Below are positions 45,551-59,600 of a stretch of DNA of 64,000 nt, piece by piece. Location of the stretch: positions 17,773,774 through 17,837,773 of the forward strand of contig JAUZTB010000076.1 of NCBI GenBank assembly GCA_034780895.1. The letters are read 5' to 3'. The stretch comes from Rhynchobatus australiae. Lineage: Eukaryota. Within the stretch, counting starts at the first letter, position 1; every line of letters begins with the position of its first letter. Position numbers and translations under genes: made by a program. The notes under the pieces were generated by a model. That model was not told the DNA's origin, searched no databases, and worked only from the letters and a program-made list of their open reading frames with translations.

Positions 45551-46526
45551 ATTCAAGCTAACAAGGATTGCCTTCTGATTTACAGATATAATGCCAGTCT
45601 ACTAAGATGCACACTGGCAACATCCTCTTGACCTCCACTGATTCATCATGTGAGTTATTCCATCAAATTATTCACACTTCACTCCTTCAAAGCTTGTGGT
45701 TACCATTTAACTTTCGCTGTACCAACAACTTCAATGTGTCATTGTATTCTCATGAATGTATCATGTAACAAACTGTTCAAATTCACTATGTACGTAAGGC
45801 TTCCTCATTTTAAAAAAATTAAACACAGTGGATGAATTTAGTGTGAGTACGCAGAGGGTATAAACAAAATGACCTTCAAAAGGAGCTCAAAATATTGAAA
45901 AGCAATTCAGTTGAGGGAGAGAACCAATGCTTTGAACTGTGAAGGAAATAAACAGGAAATCTTAGCACAAAGGGATGGTTACAGAAGTTTGATATCTCCA
46001 TAACAAAATTGGAATCAGTGGAACAAAAATAATGACCACAAACTAAATTTCCAAATAAATACCTATTGTATCCATTTACTGNNNTGTAAATTAAAGGAAT
46101 TAACATTAAAGGAACTTCACTGTGCATTTTTACTGGGCAGTAAATGTACTTTCTCAGGCTTTGCCCTTTATTTAGTTTCAACTCTCAGTCATATTTTCAA
46201 TGCTGCATTATTCATAAAGTATTGAACAGTTTTGGAATACAGTAGGGACACAAGAGACTGCAGGTACTGAGATCTGGATCAAAAAACGCACCGCTAGAGG
46301 AACTCAGCAGGTCGAGCAGTACCTGTAGGGGGAAAGGAATTGTTGAGGTCTCAGGTCAAGACTGTACATTAGGACTGGAATACAGTAAGCTGGCATGAAA
46401 TTTATAAGAACTGAAATAGTGCAGAATAACATTTCTGGAACAGCAATAATAACTTGTACTGATATCAAGGTCCCTCATGGTAGGCTGATCCAGAAGGTTA
46501 AGAGGCATGGGATTCATGGTGATTGG

Positions 46527-47220
46527 TAGAGTCATAGAGTCATACAGCATGGAAACAGGCCCTTCGGCCCAATTGGTCCATGCCAACCAAGATGCCCATC
46601 CAAGCTAGTCCCATTTGCCAGCATTTGGCCCATAACATTCTAAACTTTTTCTATCCATGTACCTGTCCAACTGTCTTTAAAAAGTTGTTACTTGTACCTG
46701 CCTCAACCACTTCCTCTATTAGTTCATTCTATAAATGTACCACCCTCTGTAAAAAGATGTTACCCCACAAGTTCCTATTAAATCTTTCCCCTCTCACCTT
46801 AAACCTAGGCCCTCTAGTTCTTGACTTCCCAACCCTGAGAAAAAGATTGAGCGCCTTCACCCAATCTATGCCCCTCATGAGTTTATACACCTCTATTAAG
46901 TCACCTCTTCGTCACCTGCACTCCAAGGAAAAATGTCCCGACCTGCTCAATCTCTCACCTTACCTCAGTCCCATTCTTGTAACTATTTTCTGCATTCTTT
47001 CCAGTTTAATAACATATTTTCTATAGCTAGGTGACCAAAACTGAACACAGTACTCCAAGTGTGGCCTCACCAGTGTCTTGTACAACCATACCATGACCTC
47101 CCAACTTCTATCCTCAATGCCCTGACTGATGAAGGCCAGTGTTCCAAAAGTCTTCATCACCCTGTCTACCTGTGACTCCACTTTCAGGGAACCATGTAAC
47201 TGAACTCCAAGGTCCCAAGG
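46527..47220 (-). mobile_element. CR1 LINE 3' fragment
   Basis: LYKTLVRPHLEYCVQFWSPSYRK; tail near-identical to the 34523 copy. Confidence 0.9.
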
Positions 47221-47229
47221 TAGATTAGA

Positions 47230-47850
47230 TTCAAAATTTGCTTCTCCACAGGAGACAAAGTGTAGTGATGGAGGGGTGATATTCTGTCTGGAGGTTTGTG
47301 CTGGAATTTCTGTTGCTTGTGATATATACAAATGGTTTGCACATAAGTGAAGGTGTGTTGGTTAGTAAGTTTGGAGATGACAAAGATCGGCAGAGTTGTC
47401 AAAGGATACAGAAAGATATAGATTAGTTGGAAATATGGGCCGAGAAATGGCAGATGGAGTTTAATCCAGACAAGTGTGAGGTCAAATGTAGGAAGAAAGT
47501 ATACAGTAAATGGCAGGACCATGAGTATATAAAAATTGAGAGGCATAGATGGTCAGAGTCTTTTTCTCAGCATGGAAATGTCAAATACTAGAGGGCATAG
47601 CTTTAAGGTGAGAGGGGGAAAGTTTAAAGAAGAGTTGTATAAAGAGTGGTAGGTGCTTCGAATGCAGTGCCAGAGGTGGTGATGGAAGCAGATATGATAG
47701 CAATATTTAAGAGGCACATGAACAGGCAGGAAAATGGAGAGATACGGACCATGTGCAGGCAGATGGGATTAATTTAATTTGGCATCATGGCTGACACAGA
47801 CTTCATAGGCTGAAAGGCCTCCTTCTGTGCTGTACTGTTCTATTTTCTAT
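47230..47850 (+). mobile_element. CR1 LINE fragment
   Basis: KFGDDKD, WAEKWQMEFNPDKCEV and TRGHSFKVRG motifs. Confidence 0.8.
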
Positions 47851-49289
47851 ATTACAAACAGCCTCAAGATAGTTGAAAGGGAACGGGATGGAAGTAGACT
47901 TGTTACTAATGTGGGAATATGTTCAATGATTTAGTTTTCTCCCCTTCGCTTTTGAAACTAAGGCCAATATGTGCTGGACCCAATCCACAGCCCTCAGTGT
48001 CCACCCATGGTCCACACTTGCCTGCAGTTGACTGGATGGGTTGAATGGCCAATGCCTCTCATATAGTGTTCTATCATGGTCCAAACACGGTGTGTGACAT
48101 CAAACAAGCAATTCTGAGAACATGCAAAATGTAATACAAAAGCTCTTGCTTACTCTGATTGATGGAAGTTACTGCATCCATTTGATTAACTTTGCATCAA
48201 AATCTTACATATATCTGTGGATAGGACACAGGAGAGAGGTCCAGATTCAGCAAACTTTCGCTGGAGGTCAGGTGGCAGCATGCAGTCTAAGTCTTCCAAA
48301 GGGTCTGCTGAGAAGATAGAGACAATTTCATAATAACCGTTAAATAATCAGGAACACACAAAGCAAATTGATGTCACTGCACTTTTCTAGACACAGGCAA
48401 TCGAGATAGGATGCAATTGGTATTGGTTTATTATTGTCACTTGTACAGTGAAAAACTTGTCTTGCATACCGATCGTACAGGTCAATTCATTACACAGTGC
48501 AGTTACATTGAGTTAGTACNNNNNNNNNNNNNNNNNNNNNNNNNNNNNNNNNNNNNNNNNNNNNNNNNNNNNNNNNNNNNNNNNNNNNNNNNNNNNNNNN
48601 NNNNNNNNNNNNNNNNNNNNNNNNNNNNNNNNNNNNNNNNNNNNNNNNNNNNNNNNNNNNNNNNNNNNNNNNNNNNNNNNNNNNNNNNNNNNNNNNNNNN
48701 NNNNNNNNNNNNNNNNNNNNNNNNNNNNNNNNNNNNNNNNNNNNNNNNNNNNNNNNNNNNNNNNNNNNNNNNNNNNNNNNNNNNNNNNNNNNNNNNNNNN
48801 NNNNNNNNNNNNNNNNNNNNNNNNNNNNNNNNNNNNNNNNNNNNNNNNNNNNNNNNNNNNNNNNNNNNNNNNNNNNNNNNNNNNNNNNNNNNNNNNNNNN
48901 NNNNNNNNNNNNNNNNNNNNNNNNNNNNNNNNNNNNNNNNNNNNNNNNNNNNNNNNNNNNNNNNNNNNNNNNNNNNNNNNNNNNNNNNNNNNNNNNNNNN
49001 NNNNNNNNNNNNNNNNNNNNNNNNNNNNNNTCTACCTGATGGAAGAGGAGAGAAGAGAGAATGACCTGAGTGGGTGGGGTCTTTGATTATGCTGGCTGCT
49101 TCACCAAAGCAATGAGAGGTAAAGACGGAGTCAAGAACATTCTGTGAAAGATGAAGTCATTAGGAAAATATGATTTACACCTTTTAGACCCATCCAGAGA
49201 AACTTATCCATGGACAGGTGGATTTAGTTATGGTACTTGACTCTGTGGTATCATACAAACTTCTATTCAGGATATCATGTGTTTTAGGC

Positions 49290-49640
49290 CCCATTCCATA
49301 GATTTCAATACCTAATCCAGACTTACTTCAAAGCAGTATTGAAAGGGTGCCACACTGTCAGAAGTGCTATCTCTTACATGTGTGTTTAAAGGTTCCTTTT
49401 GACATTTCAGGTTTCATGATGTCATTCAAAGAGCAGGAGCATTTTTATTTACATTTGGACCAAATATTATGTGACAATTGACACCATATAAATCAGCTTA
49501 TCTGTTTATTCATAATATGGTGGGAATTTGCTGGATGCATATTAATTACACTGCAACAGTGACTACATTTCAAAAGTACTTCAGAGGTTGTTCAGCACTT
49601 TGGGATGTCCTGAGGAAATATAAGGTGCTATATAAATGCA
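49290..49640 (+). mobile_element. DeuSINE-like fragment
   Basis: cagtattgaaagggtgccacactgtcaga..caacagtgactacatttcaaaagtacttc..ctttgggatgtcctgagg..gtgctatataaatgca. Confidence 0.55.
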
Positions 49641-52600
49641 GATGTTAACCTAGAAGGGTCATAAACATGTTAACAATATGATACAGCCTCCACCTATTTT
49701 GTTGCATTGTTGAGTAGAGAAGGGCATTTAATTTAATGGATGTATATTTCCAAGTCCAGTCTTTGTTGTAATGTAAAAAAAGATTATTTTACACAGCAAG
49801 CTCCCACAAACAGCAGTGCAATAATGGGCAGAAAATCTGATTTAGCAGTTTTGGGTGAGAACTCTTCATTTGTTTCCCAAATATAAAGTGCCTTGGTATC
49901 TTCTAAATTCAACTTAATACCTTTTCCAAAAGATACCAGCCTGGAAGTTCAATCATGCAACATTGTTTGTTTCGGAGACATAGGGAATGGATAAAGCAGG
50001 AGCATTTCTTGGTGTAAATATCAATCTGGAAATCCCACTGTGAAACTCACTTGTACGTCACAATTTCAGCACCAGATGTGCATCGGGTAGTGCTATTTTC
50101 CATGCAGTGTCCCTTTTGGAGTGTTCTGGGAAAAGTTAATGTCTGTTCTCATTCACTGGACAACCATGTTTTCATTGCACAGTGCCGGAATGGGAGCTCA
50201 CTGAAACAAGTCTCATATTTTCTTTCCAACAGCATCTAAGAATGGTACCAACATCCCCTGACAATTTGGTAGTCCAATGAGGTGATGACCCCAATCCCCC
50301 AATTACCACCCCACACCCCTCTCAGACACACATCACTCTGCATTGCTTCAACAAAGGTTCTGACCCTCTGATACCCCCACTGGTGCTCCAATGACCAAAC
50401 CCCACACACCACCACCATCAACCCACCCCACCTCCACATGGTGCCGACTCCCCAATCCTCCTGATGGAGAGCCTGAAAGAGCCTCCACCTCCTTCACCCC
50501 CTCTCCTGCCCCTGCAATTTCCAGTTGTGTCCTGGATAGCTCATTTTCCCATGCTCACTTCCTTGCACGCTGCACACATGCATGCTGCAATTACTGGGCC
50601 ATCACATCTGACAGTGCAACACTCCCTCTGCTGGTCACTAAAACATCAACCTCTATTTTGTGCGAAAGTCTCCAGAGGCAGCACTGAGCATTCTGAGTCA
50701 AGAGCAACAACCCTTATTTTGTATGAGCAAATGATTGCTATGCAGCACATTTAACTGACAGTAACAATATCAACAATCTGTGTAGTGAGCATGTTCTGGA
50801 CTATGGTCTAAACCGTGACAGTTCTGAAGAGTGCTACAGTCTGCCATGTGTTACAGACACCCCAGTTATTGTCTAGCCTTATGCATACATTATATTGAAA
50901 CCAAAAGTCTGTGCTAGGCTAACACTCAGGAAGTCATTTTAATCTGATCCCACTGACAGGAATGAACCGATTGTTCCTCTCACAGCCAATCCAAATTCCT
51001 TTTCATTTGATTACCTGACAACCAAACAGACTGATCGATTTTCTGCCATGCAGTTTTAGTTAAAATTAACACCTTGGTTCAATGTTGTGGAGAAATATCA
51101 GGCTCAAAGATCAGGCTGATGGCCCTGTGTTTCAATGTCTCCTGGAAAACTCAGCAAGCTTATCTGAAACTGAGTTGAATTTGCCTGAGCTTAAAGTTGT
51201 AGCTTCAGCTAGACCTGTAGTACAAACAGTGTGCGATCACAGACCCAAGGATTTCCTTGCAGATGAACCTCATCTATTCCCTCAAATTGCTCTAACAGCT
51301 GGACAATCACTCTGGTCAGCTTGTTATATTCTAAGTCCAAAGCTGACAATGCCTTCACGCTGCTGAGGTGCCAAGTCCTTTAATCAGATATTGCTCAGAA
51401 TTGGGATCTGTGGCCATTGAGGCCCATGGGATGGAGCAGATCAATCTTGCAATTATTCAGATTTAACACCCTGTGCATCTTCAGATTCATGAAACCTCTC
51501 AGTTCAAAGACACAATGTAATTATTTGAAAGATTGAAGAAGATTAGATTCCCAAGTGCCTGCAATCTCCTCTGAATGATCTCTGAATCAGATAAATTCAC
51601 TGAGTTATATGATAAATGCAAACTGGCAGGAAGATTTTCTGGTACCTTGGTAAGATTCTTCCCAGTGCAATTTGCTGACTCCTGGGAATTACATTCAATA
51701 TCCCAACGTTAATTAAATTATTGCCACAAATGAAATTCATGTTCTCAACAGCAACAAGATTGACCATGGTGTCAATTACATAGAGCAGAAGTGATCAGAC
51801 TGATGTCCTAGAATACTTAGATAACATTGCAGTCCTTGTCAAACAATTAACTAAATATGTGACTAGAAATTTCACACAACAGATGCCTCTTTACTCAGAG
51901 CAGTAAAATTAAGATGTGTGATCTATCCAGCACGATGCTTAGGAAATTAACTTCACAATGGCTTTGAAAGTCCCTGTTCCCACTCTGCCAGTGTAAGTGG
52001 AGGGCTTCGCTACTTCTTATCGCCACAGGAGAATCAGGGCTACGGCAACATCAACCTATGATATAAACTGGCTACCTGTGCCAATATGGGTGTACCTTGG
52101 ACATCTGTTCACAAAAAGAATGGGAAATTAGCAAACCACGTGGCTGTTCCTACACAGAAAACGAGTGAACTACCTCTTATGAGATGAGGGTGGGGAGGGG
52201 TGAGTGGGAAGGGGACGGTGCAATTAAAACAATAACTCAGATCCTTTGACCATAACCCTTGCCTGGAGACCCCTATAGCCCAGACTTCCCTACAAACCTG
52301 CCCTGATTATGGTCGACAGCTCTGGACACTCAAGGCCTGCCCCTCCATTTCACAAACAATTGTCACCTTCTCCTCAAAGATCGTGTCCTGGTCCCTGCAA
52401 ACCACTGAAGCATCTTTAGTGCCTTTTTCTTTAAATACATGGAAGCTGCAGTCTTCCCAATTCATGCTCAACCTTCTGGTATCTCTAAGTATGAAACAGT
52501 TTCTGCCTCTGCTCCACCTGTTATACATATCTGATCTCAGACAAACTTCCATCTCTAACATTCCAGTTCAATATTCCTGGTAACAAATTCCTGTCATTCC

Positions 52601-54399
52601 TGGGTTACACTTGACACAAATTCCATTTCACACTGATGGCCACTTTATCAAACAGAAATGAAGTAATTGCATCCTGAACATACTATTCAACTCGACGTGG
52701 AGATTCTAACCCCATAATCTATCACAAGTAGGATGAAGTGAAGATTGGTATTGGAGAGACAAAAATCCCCTACCTCCACCTCCATAACATTGCCCATCTC
52801 TACCTGTACCGATCATCTGATGAATCCCTCAGCTATGCCNNNNNNNNNNNNNNNNNNNNNNNNNNNNNNNNNNNNNNNNNNNNNNNNNNNNNNNNNNNNN
52901 NNNNNNNNNNNNNNNNNNNNNNNNNNNNNNNNNNNNNNNNNNNNNNNNNNNNNNNNNNNNNNNNNNNNNNNNNNNNNNNNNNNNNNNNNNNNNNNNNNNN
53001 NNNNNNNNNNNNNNNNNNNNNNNNNNNNNNNNNNNNNNNNNNNNNNNNNNNNNNNNNNNNNNNNNNNNNNNNNNNNNNNNNNNNNNNNNNNNNNNNNNNN
53101 NNNNNNNNNNNNNNNNNNNNNNNNNNNNNNNNNNNNNNNNNNNNNNNNNNNNNNNNNNNNNNNNNNNNNNNNNNNNNNNNNNNNNNNNNNNNNNNNNNNN
53201 NNNNNNNNNNNNNNNNNNNNNNNNNNNNNNNNNNNNNNNNNNNNNNNNNNNNNNNNNNNNNNNNNNNNNNNNNNNNNNNNNNNNNNNNNNNNNNNNNNNN
53301 NNNNNNNNNNNNNNNNNNNNNNNNNNNNNNNNNNNNNNNNNNNNNNNNNNNNNNNNNNNNNNNNNNNNNNNNNNNNNNNNNNNNNNNNNNNNNNNNNNNN
53401 NNNNNNNNNNNNNNNNNNNNNNNNNNNNNNNNNNNNNNNNNNNNNNNNNNNNNNNNNNNNNNNNNNNNNNNNNNNNNNNNNNNNNNNNNNNNNNNNNNNN
53501 NNNNNNNNNNNNNNNNNNNNNNNNNNNNNNNNNNNNNNNNNNNNNNNNNNNNNNNNNNNNNNNNNNNNNNNNNNNNNNNNNNNNNNNNNNNNNNNNNNNN
53601 NNNNNNNNNNNNNNNNNNNNNNNNNNNNNNNNNNNNNNNNNNNNNNNNNNNNNNNNNNNNNNNNNNNNNNNNNNNNNNNNNNNNNNNNNNNNNNNNNNNN
53701 NNNNNNNNNNNNNNNNNNNNNNNNNNNNNNNNNNNNNNNNNNNNNNNNNNNNNNNNCAGGGCAATTTTGAAGGCAAGTCACCCCGAACTAGTCTTACCTA
53801 GCCTCTAACAGCAACAGCAATGTTGTCAGGACACTGAGGGTAGGACACTTTATTTTCTTCCTGGAAAATAGTTTTCAAGGTCAGGGAGAAACCAGGGGAG
53901 AAAATAATGAAAAGAGATTATTGCAATAAAATGCACAACATAAACACAGACTGGGTAGTTTACGTGACTATAATTCTGATCGCAAATTGCATATCAGCCA
54001 TGCATTATCAAGCCAAATCTTCTGGAAGGTATAACCTAACATAAATTCCCCACATAATAACCTTGACCTGTTAATCTTAGCTTCAAACAGAAAGAATTTC
54101 AGGTCACTTACTGCAAACTTATTTCACAAGGACTCATTACATATAGAACAGCCACCAAGCATCTCAAAGGAGAACAGCAACAGTCCAATACAATTCTGAC
54201 CAATTGTTGTCATGCTCTGTCCCAGAGTCCTTTCTAAAATTATTATTTTCAAAAAATTGCATTAAATTGTAAATTTCTTGAGCATTACTAGCATTACAAT
54301 TATCCAGACCACTGAATCACTTCAGTGAGAGTTTCACCACTATGACCTTACTAAGGTGGTTATCAAAGTCACAAATAATATTCTATATTCTATGTGGAG

Positions 54400-54631
54400 A
54401 ACCAAGAGATTCTGCAAATGATGGAATCTGGAGCAACACACACAAATGCTGGAGGAACTCAGCAGGTCAGGCAGCATCTATGGAGGGAAACCCTCCACTG
54501 ATGCCTGATTGAGACCCTTCAATAGGACTGGAAAGGAAGAGGGCAGAAGCCAGTATAAAAAGGCAGGGGGAGGGGGAGGAGCATACACAGGCAGGGGAGA
54601 GGTGAGTCCAGGTTAGAGGGGGAGGTAGATG
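54400..54631. mobile_element. Penelope-like terminal repeat fragment
   Basis: gctggaggaactcagcaggtcaggcagcatctatggaggg family motif. Confidence 0.5.
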
Positions 54632-55529
54632 NNNNNNNNNNNNNNNNNNNNNNNNNNNNNNNNNNNNNNNNNNNNNNNNNNNNNNNNNNNNNNNNNNNNN
54701 NNNNNNNNNNNNNNNNNNNNNNNNNNNNNNNNNNNNNNNNNNNNNNNNNNNNNNNNNNNNNNNNNNNNNNNNNNNNNNNNNNNNNNNNNNNNNNNNNNNN
54801 NNNNNNNNNNNNNNNNNNNNNNNNNNNNNNNNNNNNNNNNNNNNNNNNNNNNNNNNNNNNNNNNNNNNNNNNNNNNNNNNNNNNNNNNNNNNNNNNNNNN
54901 NNNNNNNNNNNNNNNNNNNNNNNNNNNNNNNNNNNNNNNNNNNNNNNNNNNNNNNNNNNNNNNNNNNNNNNNNNNNNNNNNNNNNNNNNNNNNNNNNNNN
55001 NNNNNNNNNNNNNNNNNNNNNNNNNNNNNNNNNNNNNNNNNNNNNNNNNNNNNNNNNNNNNNNNNNNNNNNNNNNNNNNNNNNNNNNNNNNNNNNNNNNN
55101 NNNNNNNNNNNNNNNNNNNNNNNNNNNNNNNNNNNNNNNNNNNNNNNNNNNNNNNNNNNNNNNNNNNNNNNNNNNNNNNNNNNNNNNNNNNNNNNNNNNN
55201 NNNNNNNNNNNNNNNNNNNNNNNNNNNNNNNNNNNNNNNNNNNNNNNNNNNNNNNNNNNNNNNNNNNNNNNNNNNNNNNNNNNNNNNNNNNNNNNNNNNN
55301 NNNNNNNNNNNNNNNNNNNNNNNNNNNNNNNNNNNNNNNNNNNNNNNNNNNNNNNNNNNNNNNNNNNNNNNNNNNNNNNNNNNNNNNNNNNNNNNNNNNN
55401 NNNNNNNNNNNNNNNNNNNNNNNNNNNNNNNNNNNNNNNNNNNNNNNNNNNNNNNNNNNNNNNNNNNNNNNNNNNNNNNNNNNNNNNNNNNNNNNNNNNN
55501 NNNNNNNNNNNNNNNNNNNNNNNNNNNNN

Positions 55530-55882
55530 CCGCATCTGCCACTTCTCAGCCCAACTTTGTATCCTATCTATGCCCTGCTGTAACTTCTGACAATCCTCTA
55601 CACTATCCACAACACCCCCAACCTTTCATCATTCGCAAACTTACTAACCCATCCCTCCACTCCCTCATCCAGGTCATTTATAAAAATCACAAAGTGTAAG
55701 GGTCCCAGAACAGATCCCTGAGGTACACCACTGGTCACCAACCTCCATGCAGAATATGACCCTTCAACAATCACTCTTTGCCTTCTGTGGGCCAGCCAGT
55801 TCTGGATCCACATTGCAATGTCCCCTTGGATCCTATGCCTCCTTGCTTTCTCAATAAGCTTTGCATGGGGTACTTTATCAAA
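55530..55882 (-). mobile_element. CR1 LINE RT fragment
   Basis: [39 protein letters not shown]. Confidence 0.9.
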
Positions 55883-58799
55883 TAATAAAAATTATTAAAA
55901 TACTCATTAATATTTTAGTCAATGAAGTCATTCATTCTTACTTAATCTAAGTATTGCAAATAATGTTTTTAATTCACTAGATGGTGTTTTTTTGGGTAGT
56001 AAATAGGCCTCTGCAGAACTCAAACTTCTTTCCTGTCTATTCTTTGGAAAATAGTGTAGGGAAGCATTCACAAGTGATAGACTCATTGTTTAAACACAGT
56101 CCTAATGTGGAAAGTGGCCAAATGAACACTTAAATATTATTCCAGTGCTCAGCAAGTTAGATCTTAAAGTTGTCTGGGGTCAGAGCCAGAACCTCCAGTG
56201 TCCAGCTAGTAAACAAATGGTGAGGCACAAAGTTTCTCATGGAGGGGAGGGCAAGAGGAATGCAACCATTGTTCTGTAAAAACAATGTGTAATATAAATT
56301 TGGCACTTCCTCCTGTGATACTTTGTAGTTCAAGACATTATTATTAAACAGGACTCTATACTTAGGAGCCATTTGAAACATCCATCAGGCGAGACTGCCA
56401 TTTGCCGTTCCATATTATTAACCATTGAGTGCCTGTTAATTCCACAATGCAATCATTTATGACATTTCCTGATCTCTGTTCATAGTTATTTGCTATCAGG
56501 ATCACAGTGGGCCTTTTCTTAAATGTATTGGCATCCTTTTAGGGTGCAGTTGATGTCATCGTTGACATTTTCCCGTCTACCACATTGTATTATATATACT
56601 TGGGATATCACAGCGACACTGTCGTCCATGATAACATCTATCCAATCAGAAAATCAACATCAGCGCTTTGAAGAGAAAGTGCTACTGATTTTACTGGCTC
56701 TATCTTGGCCACTTCAATCCATTACAATCCTGATTCATCCAGTCTGAACCAATCATAGAATCCTAGAAAATTGCAGCACAGGAGAAAGCCCTTGCATTCA
56801 TGCTGGCCAAAGAACTAATCTCACTTCCCAGCTCTTAACCAGTAGCCCCATAGGCCATAGTCTATCAAGTACTAAAACTTTGTAAATGCGATGAGGGTTT
56901 CTGTCTCCACCTCTCTTTTCAGACAGTGAAAAGCTGAACAGTGTGCTGGATTGCACCATCTTCTATATTCTTAAAATCTTCTGTTGGCCCATTATTCAAA
57001 TCAGGGACAGGCTGGTTACCAGGAGACAAGAGAATCCCACTCCTGAACCTGCATCCACATTTGCATTGTTTGCTGTAGTAATGAGGGATCATCCGTCACC
57101 AACCTTTGGTTAGCAAGAAGTCAGGAGGATGAAGAACTGGAATGTCTTCTTCTCTCCTGAAGCTACTCCAAGAGCAGGTCATTGAACTATCAGTTCCATC
57201 CCTAATAAGTCACCACCACTCTCAGCAATGATGCCTGATTGCTTTCTTTCAATCCAGCCTTAAGGGCTTTGCCTCAGCTCACCAAAAATATTAAGAATGC
57301 CAAATTCTACAAAGATTATTTAGTCTAGCCATTACTTAACAGGAATAGCCAAGAATCACCCTAGTGCCTATTTATGAAGCCCATCTGAATTTTCCATTGC
57401 AGCCGAGCCTTCAGCTGCCTCAACGGACCCTAAACTCTGGAATTCCCATGTGGAACTTTTTCATCTTCCTGCTGCTTTTTTTTCCTTAAGAGGATGACCA
57501 CAACATTCCTGTGATCTGTCTTGGGTTACTGAATGATGTCAACACGGCTGTNNNNNNNNNNNNNNNNNNNNNNNNNNNNNNNNNNNNNNNNNNNNNNNNN
57601 NNNNNNNNNNNNNNNNNNNNNNNNNNNNNNNNNNNNNNNNNNNNNNNNNNNNNNNNNNNNNNNNNNNNNNNNNNNNNNNNNNNNNNNNNNNNNNNNNNNN
57701 NNNNNGTGAGAGACTAACAAGTTGGAGAGAAAACCAAAAATAAAAACAGAAAATGCTAGAAAAACTCAGCAGGTCAGGGCACACCTGTGGGAAGAGAAAT
57801 AGAGTTAACATTGCAGGTTGAAGACCCTTTGTCAGATATTCTGTTTCTCTACCCACAGGTGAGGCCTGACCTGCTGAGTATTTCCAGCATTTTCTGTTTT
57901 TATTTTAGATTTCCAGCATCAGCTTTTTTTTTGATTTTCACGAAGGAGTTGGAGTGGAAGTCTGTTCTCCAGAGACACCTCCACAATCCATCACCATGAA
58001 AGACAAAATTGTTCCCCTGTACCTCTGCTCTCCTACGACCCTGCCCTAGAATAGAGCAACTGCTGGAAGATGCGGTGCACACAGACACCCCTCTCCCCCA
58101 AAGTCCACAAGGAACTCAGCTTGGAAGCTCGGAGTTCCTTGTGGACTTTGGGGGGGTCTGTGTGCACCATGTTTGCTTCCAAGCCAACCATGTAAGCAGC
58201 CATGATAGTTGTCAGTGGAGCCCTTATTACGGTGGATGCCACTGTAATATTCACAGAATTGCCCACTGGCTCCAAGTTAGACATAATGGCCACATCCTCT
58301 GCTCTAAGCCCTAACAAAATTTGGAACCAGACCACTTCCAACCTTCAGTCAGAGAGTACAAACTTGATAATAAAAACAGGAAATTCTGGAGATATTCAAC
58401 AACATTGGTGGAGAAAGAAGCAGTATCATTGACTTTTCAACAATGTCAGCCTGTATGATAGATCTAGTATTCCCTGGTCTATGCTCATCAGCCTTTATGG
58501 TGGACCAGACTGTTGACACCAACATTTAAGTCCTCTNNNNNNNNNNNNNNNNNNNNNNNNNNNNNNNNNNNNNNNNNNNNNNNNNNNNNNNNNNNNNNNN
58601 NNNNNNNNNNNNNNNNNNNNNNNNNNNNNNNNNNNNCCTCTGCTCTTAACCCCTGGCAGGCTGATACCTATGGCACATTACTGCCCACTTCCAGCTCTGA
58701 ATCTTCATGGCCATGGCTCACAATGTGAATTTCCCTCCTCTTTCCTACTCATGAAGGCCTCATCTCTTGCCTGGCACTCACTGGGGTTCGGCAGTCTTC

Positions 58800-59135
58800 C
58801 AAAGGAAAGCACACCACAGTGCCAGAGACCCAGGTTCAGTCCTGACCTGTGTGGAGTTTGCATGTTCTCCCTGTGACCACTTGGGTTTTATTTAGCTGCT
58901 CCAATTTCCTCCCACATCCCAAAGACATGCAGGTTGGTAGGTTAATGGGCCGCTGTACATTGACCCAAGTGTGTAGGTAAGTGGTAGAATCTGCGGGGGG
59001 AGTTGATGAGAACGTGGGAAGAATAAAAACAAAATGGGATTCATGTATGATTAATGTTGCTGAGTGGTTGATGGTTGACACGAACTTGGTGGGCTGATGG
59101 ACCTTCTTCTATACCAGATGACTCCATGATTCTAA
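58800..59135 (+). mobile_element. V-SINE (HE1-like) with CR1-type tail
   Basis: ggttcagtcctgacc..ggagtttgcatgttctccctgtgacc..ttcctcccacatcccaaagac V-domain. Confidence 0.75.
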
Positions 59136-59259
59136 TATGACACAGAAAACTTGAGAATATTAGCTCCTGTAGTGAAAGAGAGAGCCAGGGTTACTGAGAA
59201 GGGAAAGGAGCAAGAGAGATGAATGTCTCCTGCAAGTTGACATGTAATGTGTAGAGAGA

Positions 59260-59600
59260 GGTGGCACAGTGGCACAGCAACGTTGCCTCATAGCTCNNNC
59301 CAAGTTCAATCCTGACTTCAGGTGCTGACTACATGGAGTTTGCATCCCTACCCTGTGACCACAGATTTTTGTTGGGTGCTAGGCTTTTTCCCACATCCTA
59401 AACATGTGGTAGGTTAATTGGCTACAGCACATGACCCCTTAGTGTAGGTAAATTGCAAAAGGAACAAATGGAAGTTAATGGGCATGTGAGAGAATAAGAT
59501 GCAGGGCTGCAGGAATTGAGGGGAGGAATGGGACTGATGGGATTGCTCTCTGGGAACTGGCATGGACCCAATGTTGCTGGCAGCCCTGTGAGGTGAATGT
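59260..59600 (+). mobile_element. V-SINE (second copy)
   Basis: ggcacagtggcacagc..gttcaatcctgact..ggagtttgcat..cccacatcctaaac. Confidence 0.7.

Noticed and set aside
52738-55699. Long 300-360 aa ORFs in the ORF track
   Set aside because: They are almost entirely X from N gaps, as are those at 1709-2256, 13265-14215, 41980-42715 and 48411-49064.
56157-56381. Possible LRR exon (TLFLQNN, LEVLAL) for the TEMP/LRRC19-like gene
   Set aside because: No regular LxxLxLxxN spacing and no convincing splice sites.
58033-58341. 102-aa minus-strand ORF
   Set aside because: No recognisable homology or exon boundaries, and it lies among repeats.
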